DNA from: Octopus sinensis
Lineage: Eukaryota
Length of the DNA: 64,000 nucleotides
NCBI RefSeq assembly: GCF_006345805.1
Contig: NC_042997.1
Location: 65,286,001-65,350,000 of the forward strand
Reading direction: 5' to 3'
The first letter of the stretch is position 1. Every line of letters begins with the position of its first letter. The notes below the pieces were generated by a model, which searched no databases, had not been told where the DNA came from, and saw only the letters and a program-made list of their open reading frames with translations. This document shows, in pieces, positions 53,188 through 64,000 of this stretch. Both the position numbers and the translations under genes were made by a program.

Positions 53188-53555
53188 GCAAGAGTGACTG
53201 TGTGGTAAGTAGCTTGCTTACCAACCACATGGTTCCGGTTTCAGTCCCCCTGCGTGGCAGCTCATCAAGTATCTTTTACTAGAGTCGACCAAAGCCTTGT
53301 GAGTGGATTTGGTAGACGGAAACTGGAAGAAGCCCGTCGTATATATGTATATATGTATGTGTGTGTATATCTTTCTGTGTCTATGTTTCTCCCCCCGACA
53401 TCGCTTGACAACCGATGGTAGTGAGTTTACGTCCCCGTAACTTAACGGTTCTGCAAAAGAGACCGATAGAATAAGTCCTAGGCTTCCAAAGAATAAGCCC
53501 TGGAAGAAGACGGTGCTCCAGCATGGCCGCAGTCAAATAACTGAAGCAAGTAAAA
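53188..53555 (+). mobile_element. SINE family A
   Basis: Head, core and tail align by eye with the 61897 copy, with small deletions. Confidence 0.9.
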
Positions 53556-56500
53556 TATATATATATACACATACATACATACATTCATATACATGTATAT
53601 GCATATATAAATGTGTATGTGTGAGCGTGTGTATGCATGTATTCATGCATATGTATGTATGCATGCATATATGAACGTATGCATGTGTGTGTTTATGTTT
53701 GTATATGTAAATACGCTCCTGAACTTATGTGTAAATGTGTAAGCGTGTTTAAGTTGGCTTCGTTCTAAACTCAGTGATATCAGTCCTTCGGTTTTCATGT
53801 TGTTACATCAATTACTGTTATATTTACATTTGTAGCATACAACTTCAATGCCTAATATATAACCACATTTGATGGCATACCATATACAAATACATATACG
53901 CGCGCACACACATACATACATACATACATACATACATACATACATACATACATACATACATACATACGTGCATACATACAGACGGACGGACATGAATATG
54001 TGTGTTGGTGTGTAAGTATGAGCGCTTCTATGTATGTGTATATATGCCATATACATGTTTTTATGTGAGTATCTACATGTTTTTATGCTTGTGTGTTGTG
54101 TGTATTAATGATATAATTATTAAAAATACAAAGAACGTGAATTGGTACTTTTCTGCTGTTTGTCTCTGTGTCTTCAATAAAACATATGCAAGGATGTACA
54201 TGTTTCAGGATTTTGCGTATTTGCACTTGCTTACATGCGACGCAATCTATATACTTATTGTTATGTTTGTTAAAGATTTTATTGTAATATATTATCTTTC
54301 ATTATAAACTATGGTTGAAAGTATATAACATATTCCCTAATGATCCAAGTATATATATATCTTTTTTCTATTTGCTTTCTCTGTTTCATTTTCTCTTTCT
54401 ATACGTCTATCCCTCACCATCTTCCAATCAGGTTCCCTCTTTTACTTCTTACACACACAAACACAGACATGCAGAGACATGTGCGTGTGTGTGTGTGTGT
54501 GGTGTGTGTGTGTGTGTAACTTATCTTGTCAAGAAGAAACAGAATTTATATTATCTTATATTCCTGCAGCGCTAAACCTCCAACGACCCCTGAAAATACC
54601 GTTCAGCATTATATGTAGATACTCTAAATAATGATTCTGAATGTAAATAATTCCTTGTGGAATTACATCCTAGCATGACATAGATTTTTCACTGAAAACT
54701 CTATTTTCGCAGAAACTATTTTCTCTTTGTTTCCTTTATTTCCTTTTAGTAAACGAAGTGTTTCCAGTAATGAATGCACCGAACAGGTTTTTTACATTTG
54801 AAGTAAATCAATAGGCATTCCCCCCGCCCAACAAACACACACAAACCGATTTGCTGTTGTTGTTGTAGTTGTCATCGTCTTCGTCGTCGTCCTTCTTGTT
54901 GTTGCTGTTGTTCATGATGCCGATGATGATGTTGAGTTTTTCTTTATCAGAATGTTTTACATTTAATACAATTATTAGAAGAAGCATATTCTGTTAAAGT
55001 AAACCCGTAATACATTATTTGTCTCCAAATATTTTATACATTATTTTGTATATTTCCGTCTTCGATTCTTTCAGTCTGTTTGTCGCTTCCTGTAGTTTTA
55101 TTAGTTTAATATATGATATATTCAAATTGCTTTTTATTTCTTACTTTTTAAACCTTGAAATGAAATATTTTCTAGACTTTTCAAAACGTTTTAGAAAGTA
55201 TCAACTTCTTTACTCTATCTTTTTTTCTTTCAATTATACAATTACAGACATGAAATGACATTGTTTTTGTTTTCATGAAAGCAATATAGTTTTATTTTGC
55301 ATAATCACATTGCCCTATATTTTGTTTCTTAGATAACTGAGATTTATTCCTATCCACGCCTTTCTTAGAATATATATCATTAAAATTAAAACCACTTTGC
55401 AATTGTGGCTGGTAAGCAGCTTACTTCTAGACGTACGACGGATGTGCCAAAACAAAAGCACAAGAAATATAATCATGAATAGCATTACTAATGTGCATTA
55501 TATATTCGTTAACTTAGAAACCGATTTTACTTAACTTGTTAAGTCTAGTAACGAGATTGTTTGCTATAGACGTATTTTGGAAAGCTTATGAAAGAGAAAC
55601 AAAAACCTGTATCGTTAATTAATCTTCATAAATGTATTAAGTCTAAATGAAGACGTTTATCAAATGTATATTATTTCTTGCTTCACTTCAAATCTCGCCT
55701 TTTGCAAACAAGAATATGACTATTCTATAAATCGCTTATGTTTGTTACTCTATACCTGTTTCCCAAGGTCACCTTTCTAGAGCTTATTTCGATCCGAACA
55801 TTAAGCAATAATTAGTGTCGCCATGCACATGCATCTCTCATCAAACATGTAATTCCAGACTCTAGTGATCATGCTCTAACAAAGAGATATATCATGAAAT
55901 CAATAAATGTTGGCATAAGACGCAAGGAATGCAATTTATTTGTTACATTCGCTTCCGCTTACTTCTAAACCTATCGAGATTGGAATGCTGCTAACATCTA
56001 AGGATCAACAATGATGTTATACGCACAAGTATTCTAGAACACATCTAAATATATATATATGAAAGCACCATCACGGAGGAAAATTCCTCTTCATTGGCAA
56101 CCACAAACTAATCACCCCCTTTCCTAGCACCTGAAACATTATGGAAATAGTCATAACGATTCACTGAATTGATAGTGAATATTATATTCTCTATTATTTG
56201 TTACGGTATCTTACGTACATGTGTATCACCACGTCTTCGAAGTCCACTTCCTACTAGCATTTATTGGGCGTGTATCAGTCAGGTACATAATTTCTGTTCT
56301 ATAGCAGATATAATATGAACGCATTTGTCTTCAGTTTACAGTCTAATGGGAGGCAAAAAGTTCATTTCTTAGCTTTGTTGGTATTACTCCGATTTCTTTC
56401 ATTCAATGGAATTTATACTTCTCCTAATTTGTCCTAAACACCAAAATACTTAAATATTAACTCTTGCTCTCAAAATTCCCCATAGCAGCTCTAAATAAAC

Positions 56501-58359
56501 ATTACAATATAGAAACAGGTAAAGGAATATGTTGTTCGTTTGAAAATGAAATTGCCGTCCCCACTGAAAAGTTCATTAAATTTATCAATTGAATTTTTTG
56601 CTAACCGCTTGGTGAGAAAAGCCATTCGGACATTAAATGCACAAATGTGTCACGAAGGTTTTATCCGAGTAATGTCAATAATGCCATTCTTGTCGAAGGC
56701 TTTCATTAATTATGGTGGTCCACTACAGGAGTTCCTTTTAGCGAATCCCAAATATTGAAGTGAAGTTTCAGAATCGTCTGCGGAAACTTAAATATTTCCC
56801 CGTCTTTGTTACATGCATGAAGGCTTACTAATTCCTGAAAAATTATAATTTATCATGAAGTCGATTAGTTGAAATGTCGGGTTTTTTTTGTTTTTTGGAA
56901 GGGATCATTAAAACAACCAGAGTGGGCAAAATTAATAGAATTAAAGTATGAAACTACCAATAATGCAAAATATCTTTGTATGTTCAGAGGTAAATAGCGA
57001 GCTTACTTTCTTAGATGCTCTCGCTAATTGGGCACATTTAAAGAAGAATCAGCGTACAGGTTGTTATCTGCATTTGATGTTAAATGTTCATATCAGCACC
57101 TGAAGAAAATGGCACATTATGTTATATGTCATTCAGTATTCCCTGTTTCCATTGAACAATTAAATTAATTTGAAGAAAGAAACTTCAAAGGTACATATCT
57201 TTAAATTGACAGTATTTCGATTAAAGGTTAGTATAAACTAGAACTTGCTTAAACTCACAAACATTTTTCAAATTGTGTGAAGGACAAAACATTTGACTCC
57301 GGATATATTATTGACTTGATGAAATCTATGCACTAGCTTATACACTAGAAATGACAAGAAGCCGAATGATCTTAAAAGATCCCGTCCATCGGATCTCAAA
57401 TTACTTTGTACATCTCAAGGTGCAATGCAAACAGGCTCAAATTCTAGTCGAAATAAATATTTTCCTCCAAGTCAAGATGTATTTAACTCATAGAATAGTT
57501 TGAAAAATAAATAAAACATTGCTTAAAATTCAACAGATGAGAGTTGACATTCTATTGTTAAGAATGATGCGACAGATGCCACCCTCAGGGAAAACGACAA
57601 ACGACTTTGTTTTCATGCTTAGAACTATATTTGAAAGCAATCTTCATTTTTCATCAACGTATAGTCAACCTGCATCACTGATAAAAGGTGTTGAATCACT
57701 TTTCTAGCGCATCATTACGCACTCATTCTTGATCAGTGTTCATTTGCATTTTGGTGGATAACAGGGAATGAAGTAAAATAAAGAATAGTAAAATACGTAT
57801 TTATCTCACACAACAATATATTGCCCACGAAAAGATAACAATTACATTAAATATTTATCACATAACTTCTGTATATAATATCATCTCAATTAACAGAGAT
57901 TCACGACCATGTATGCCATTTTCTTGCAATAATAGACGACATTTTTATCGTTTTCAACGTAAGATGTTAAGAACCATATATTCCGTTCCAAAAAGAGATT
58001 TTGTTATCAATTTGAAAGTTTCCTGATACAAGCTACTCCAACGAGGGAACCACTTACTATTGATTTCAATGGTCCATTGATAATATCATTACCTCGACAC
58101 TTTCCGTGAATATTAATGAAAATTCACATTCCCTTTTGCAGTTATTTGCCTCAATATCAGTTCACCAACTGGTTTCAAATGTTTAGAACAAATACTTTGA
58201 TTTTGTATAATATTTGGTTACATCAGCTCTGATCCTCGAGCTATTTTGCTTTCAAGAAAAAGTGAAAGTTTGTTTTACAAAAACTATTGCATATGGCAAT
58301 TTCCCTACTGATTTAGATTGCTATGTATGACATCCATCCAACTTATGCAATTGAATCAC

Positions 58360-58545
58360 CTTCGGTTGAGTTTAACGAGACCTTCGCCTATTTTCCTAAA
58401 AAACACCTTCTTTCCTTCCTCCTCAGAAGTGAAACGAATATTCTTTCTGCAGATATCGACTAACAAATGTTTACACTGAGCATGAATATCATCAACCTCT
58501 CCAGCAAGAGAGTTTGAAAATATCATACGTATAGAATAGTCAAAG
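58360..58545 (-). CDS. Candidate internal coding exon (186 nt, phase 2-2), product unknown
   Basis: Pyrimidine-rich acceptor ttgttttaatatag, donor AG/gtgatt, and stop-free FDYSIRMIFSNSLAGEVDDIHAQCKHLLVDICRKNIRFTSEEEGKKVFFRKIGEGLVKLNR. No recognisable homologue, so it may be chance. Confidence 0.2.
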
Positions 58546-58859
58546 CTATATTAAAACAAAGCATAGAATTTGTTTTAAAACGGCTTTTTCTGATTACTTT
58601 AAAACAGTTAACGCCAAATCATTCTGAATACTGCACATCTCTCGTTAGCTCTCTATAAGAACTTGATATCCACTACAGCTTGTCTAAATACAGTATTTGA
58701 AAAAAAACTATAAAACTAGTTTCAAAAGAATGAAAAATATCCTTAAAAAAGTTTACATTGAAGATCACAAAAGCGAAGTATGGATTTTTATATTACATTT
58801 TCTACTGTACCATAATAATAAGGAATGTGACTCATTTACTTTTTTTATTAATATTGATT

Positions 58860-59067
58860 TCAAATTTTAGCATGAAGCCAGCATGCTCGAGGATGGGGCT
58901 TGTTGATTACATCGACCCTAGTGATTAACCTGTGCTCATTATATCGATTTTATACAGATGAAAGCAAAGTCGACCTCGGCTGAATTTGAACTCAAAACGT
59001 AAAGAGGGACGAAATTCCGCTAAGCACTTTTCCCGGTGTGTAAACGATTCTGCAACCTCGCCGTCTT
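58860..59067 (-). mobile_element. SINE family B, diverged
   Basis: caaagtcgacctcggctgaatttgaactcaaaacgtaa..aacgattctgcaacctcgccg. Confidence 0.8.
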
Positions 59068-59096
59068 TGATCCTTCCTAAGTCATATAGATTCAAA

Positions 59097-59313
59097 GAGC
59101 CGGATTCCTGGTTCCCGTGGCGTGTATATTCCCCACCTTGACGGAACGCCGGTCTGTCGCAGGCTTATTCAATGTTTGCTAACTGAGTGGATTGGAGCAA
59201 CTTGAAATGGAGTGTTTCTCTCAGGACACAACGCATCACGCCATCCATGAATCAAAACGATAATCTTACATTCATGAGTCCAACACCGTAACCACTGGGC
59301 CAAGCGCCTCCAC
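59097..59313 (-). mobile_element. tRNA-derived SINE family C
   Basis: Minus strand gtggaggcgcttggcccagtggttacggtgttggactc.. (A-box-like head), followed by ttgtgtcctgag and gcctgcgacagaccggcgttccgtc, a core reminiscent of widespread metazoan SINE domains. Confidence 0.65.
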
Positions 59314-61744
59314 TATTTTCTCTTTTTTATTAATATTGATGAAAAATAATTGTTCGCCCTTCTGAACTCCCATTTATTTATTTCATAATGAAACACATTT
59401 TGACATCTTCCCAACGAAAGTATTAATTATTTTTTGTTAAAATATTCCCAAAAGACTTAATCATCCATTTTGCGGTTGCTTGTTGAACTTTTGTTTCCAT
59501 TTTCATATCAGTATTTTTTACAATGTCTATCAGCGACGAATTTTGATCAAGACTATCAAATTTTTCCTAATGAAATGAATATTAATCAAATCATTATATC
59601 AGTGCCTGAATGTATGCATGTATTCAAATTCTGGCGTGCGTGCATGTGTGTGAGAAAGAGTGAGGGAGTGAAAGTTAAAATGTGATAAAAGATAACGTTT
59701 CAATATAACATTTACTGTTTTAAATACGTTTTAAGAAGAATAATATGACTGTAGAGAGGGATGATTAAATATCAAAATAACTGGGCCAATTCTATTAATT
59801 CAAATGCGTGACATCAAATGCTTGTTTTGGAGTTAGTAAAACCGATAACAGCAATATCATGCTATTAATGGAATTATCTAAACTACTACGGTAATACTGT
59901 GTCACTTTAAGCAGAAACTAAAGTTAGTTTTTAGTTACGTTCTATTTGAGAAAGTGGAGAGTGTTGTGTGTTTTGTACTTAGATATATACATACGCGTAT
60001 GTGCTTAGATTAAATGAAACAACAGTTGAAGAAGCATCAATTTGTTTTTGTACCGTAAAGCATCTCATACATGCATGAAGTTCATATTTGCTATTTTACA
60101 CACGAAAATACAAACATTTATGTTGGTATGTCGCTGATCGATAAAATAACCATCAATTCTAGTATACTGCTCATTTGATTTTGCGTGTCATTAGATGGCT
60201 GATGAAGCCACCTCTGGCTCCAAAATAAAGGCCTGGGAGTAATTGATAAATGTCGACTGTAGAGTGAATAAAGTGTAGGGCTTCATTTGAGATAAAGTCT
60301 GACTAGGCTTTGTGAGGTTAACGTTTGCTGATTCCTGGATTTTTTTGGTGTTGTCCTGAGGAAGCTGTTTACCCGGCCCTGTGAGAAGGATCGTAGCTTT
60401 CAATGCCATTTTTTAGGTTATTTTTTTTGCACTTCATCTGACATGTGTCTGTTCTCTTCAGTATGATAAGCTTGCCATAGTGGAATTGCATATTGTTCAT
60501 GCAGTGTCATTACAAGTTCAGCAAACTAGGTACTTCCCAAAGTGAGCATGTAGTGATGGGACCTGATCCGTTGGGAAACACCTGAGCCTCAGACGGAGTG
60601 TTACAATTTAATGTGGAAGAGACACATATAGTGTGACAATGAGTCGGCATGCACTCTGCTATTTACTGTAGATAGACAATGGATCACACTTATGAAGCAA
60701 GACTGTCTGACATATATTCAGCTGCGTGACGATTTTGAACCCCGTTTTCCCATCGTGTGAAGCAGAACCTCCAAGCCCTAAACTTGCTTTACCTGTCCTA
60801 CAATTGACCTTGTCATACAATGTGAACAATTTGGGGAAGGAGGCTGCGGATGTCCTTATTATGATGTTGATGTTAAGCAATTAGGTAAGAGGCTGTACAA
60901 GAAGACAAGAATGATCTAACAAATACGTAGCAGATCCTGATGACCAAATATATTGTTAAATTTGCATGTATACATTGTTCACACGTGCGCAATAATTCTC
61001 TGGAGAGAAATTTCGAAGTTGCATAATGAGAACGTCATGCTCTATGCGTTTATGAGCACTCAGAATTTTCGTATTTTGTTTTCACATTCTTGTGATAAGC
61101 CATTAATTCACTTTCTATAGAAAAATCTGCTTTATGCCTTCAAGCAAAAACTATATCCATTTCGTGAGAGAGAATTACCTCACTCTATCATTATCATTGT
61201 TTTGTTCGAGGTCCGTCGTAAAGAAGTAGATCTATTGTGAAAGGATTGATCAACTAAACCCTACTTCAACATGGAAAATCAAACAATGCATTATACGACG
61301 TGTTCGCCACTATTTTAACACAAAATGTGATTTGACTGGATTCTGGCTGCAACTTCTGACATATTGAATTTCTATGTAAATATTCGGTAATACTGCTGGG
61401 ATTTACAGTGGATAGTAAGTTAATCATTTGTCTGACTTCCGTTACTTAAATCTGATAAATCTTACTGCTATATGAATCCTAGAATTGCAACGAAAGTTAC
61501 AAAGGAAGATTCTATATCCATACTTTTTTTTTAAGAATTGAAAACTTAATTCCCGTTCGTTACAAATGCCTAGATTGTTTTCTATTAAGTCGTTAATCAA
61601 TGGGTTAATATTAATTTTGAAACTGTTATATTGTGGTTATGAAATGAAATCGTTTATATTTAATCATGCAAGATCTGTTAAGTTATATTAGTAACGAGAC
61701 TTACTACACGTTAAATGACGGCCACTCGTGGTTCACACCAGACA

Positions 61745-61804
61745 CCCATACATACATACATACATACATACATACATACATACATACATACATACATACA
61801 TACA

Positions 61805-61895
<91 letters not shown>
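61745..61895. repeat. (TACA)n-(TA)n microsatellite
   Basis: Direct reading. Confidence 0.95.
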
Positions 61896-61896
<1 letters not shown>

Positions 61897-61897
<1 letters not shown>

Positions 61898-62322
61898 GGA
61901 GTGGCTGTGTAGCAAGTAGCTTGTTTACCAACCACATGGTTCCGGGTTCAGTCCCACTGCGCGGCACCTTGGGCAAGTGTCTTCTACTATAGCCTCGGGC
62001 CGACCAAAGCCTTGTGAGTGGATTTGGTAAACGGAAACTGAAAGAAGCCCGTCGTATATATGTATATATATATATATATGTGTGTATGTATGTGTTTGTG
62101 TGTTTGTGTGTCTGTGTTTGTCCCCCTAGCATTGCTTGACAACCGATGCTGGTGTGTTTATGTCCCCGTCACTTAGCGGTTCAGCAAAAGAGACCGATAG
62201 AATAAGTACTGGGCTTACAAAGAACAAGTCCCGAGGTCGAGTTGCTCGATTAAAGGCGGTGCTCCAGCATGGCCGCAGTCAAATGACTGCAACAAGTAAA
62301 AGAGTAAAAAGAGTAAAAGAGT
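61897..62322 (+). mobile_element. SINE family A, full length
   Basis: aggagtggctgtg..ggttccgggttcagtccc head, and tail ending in (gtaaaaga)n. Confidence 0.92.
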
Positions 62323-64000
62323 ATATATATGTATGTATAAGTGTATGCCTGATTTGTATGAATAGCTCTCTGAATATACTACTTCAGAATTGCTGACATC
62401 ACATTTTAGTTTGAAAATAATGTTTATGTTATAAATAATGAATTTAATTTCGTATGATGCATTATTGGTTTTAATTAAACAGTAATAGTTATTTCAAATA
62501 TCACATTTCTGATACACTTGTGCGCCATATAATATAATGTATGGAAAAGATTCTGCGTAGTAACGTTCAGATTTGATAAATTAATAAAAGAATCTTAGGA
62601 AGTTCATATATTAAATGAACCCCATAGGCGACAAATGAAGAAACGCATTAACTTCGGATTTTGCCATAGGAAATGAAATATAACATAAAGAGATGGCAAT
62701 GTGTAAATGTGATATAGCATTATTATATTTCACTTTCTCTCTTTATTTCAGTTGTGCACACTTCTTTAATATTTATAAAGACGGAGATCATTTCTAAATC
62801 AGCCTTTTCAATTCGGAAATTTACTACACATTTCCACGTAGGAAAGAATGTATGCTAAGTGTAATGTATGCTAGTTGGATTGGCAGAGAACATGGTTACA
62901 CGATATGAAGCTTTTGTTCCATAATATATTAAATAAATATACGTCGTTATTGATAAACAGAACTGTTAATCATGTGTTTATTACTAGAGCATGTGTATAG
63001 CCCGGAAGTTGTTCTTCTTCTTTTCTATATGCTGATTAAATATATAAAACCGATTTCAATGTATAGCTTTTATTCAAGATTTCATTGAAGAAAAGTGTGG
63101 CAGATCACATTGAATAAAGCAGGCATAAAAAGAAAACCTACTGCAGAAATTATTGAATGAGGAAAGTAGTCGAGAGAACGATGGGTGTTTTGATAAATGC
63201 ATAAATACATGTTTTAAACGTATCGCATCACCAAATATTAATTTAGGAAAGAAAACCGGTATCAGATGCGAACTTTATGAAGTAAACATAAAATGGAACG
63301 TATGTATTAGCTGTCTATAGCATTATTTTCTTTGAAAGAACGTAAAGTTATTGGAAAGCAAAAATTGGTGACCTAATAGTATTTAATATCCTCTCCTTAT
63401 AATGAGTGTTCGATTCCGCATAGTGTGACACTTATTTTACATTTTGGGGGTTAAGTTACATTAGACTAATTTCAAGAAAGAAACCTCCACCGGGTCAAAG
63501 GTTTTTATTTGCCAGTATTGAAGACTGTTTCGTTTCTAAAGCTCTCTTTTCTTTAAACGCAACAACTCCATATTTTCGCTGAATATAAATAGGTATATGA
63601 CATCTTTCATTCATTTTCAAAATGTACTGGTAATTAGGTATAACAAATAACACATATAACCTCAGTGAGTGAGTCTCATTGTAAAAATAAACTATATAGT
63701 ATTTATTCTTTATCCAAAATGCTAGACAAGCTGAACAGTATAGTAGTATACAGAGTATGAACGATATTTTGCCTCTCCTCAAAGGGCAATACCGAACAGT
63801 AGGTGTTGTTCGATAAATGAGTCAAGAATCTCGCGCAGTTCTTTCTCCACGTATTAAAATTTCATTCTTCTTTCATTGAGGAGATCTGAGTTTCAGTATC
63901 GATGACATCGGATATCTTTCAGTCCTGCTAAGCGAGAGAAACGTCTCGCAATGTAATATCAATAACCAAGCCATGTTGGGCGACAGGTGGCTGGAGCTAG

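Noticed and set aside
56988-57470. Plus-strand mini-exons (VNSELTFLDALANWAHLKK; NDKKPNDLKRSRP)
   Set aside because: Weak splice sites, short frames, and conflict with the minus-strand candidates.
63780-64000. Protein-like fragments on the minus strand (VEKELREILDSFIEQHLLF)
   Set aside because: Multiple stops, truncated by the window edge, no recognisable family.

Overview
AT-rich, microsatellite-saturated eukaryotic DNA that is almost entirely transposon-derived or non-coding. The SINE families, (TA)n/(CA)n/(TACA)n density and TTAGGG repeat suggest a coleoid cephalopod, probably Octopus (inference from recalled repeat families, not a search). No host gene can be called with confidence. Main content: (1) a near-complete minus-strand Penelope-like retroelement (PLE, about 20288-23745) with an upstream ORF1, RT, a C-x4-C-x2-C linker and a C-terminal GIY-YIG endonuclease; ORF1 and the RT frame overlap at a T_TTT_TTA_GGG heptamer identical to the HIV-1 gag-pol -1 frameshift site (top finding, but a homopolymer error is a real alternative); (2) other PLE fragments, two with hammerhead-ribozyme-like motifs next to (TA)n; (3) a full-length TA-flanked mariner (10201-11472) and two decayed mariners; (4) Helitron helicase, hAT-like, CR1-like, RTE-like and RLE-type non-LTR relics; (5) three tRNA-derived SINE families; (6) many unrelated fold-back structures, including a 472-bp near-perfect inverted duplication of a 490-bp unit and two palindromes each split by a MITE. 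Most ORFs in the supplied track are microsatellite artefacts. All alignments, translations and counts were done by eye.
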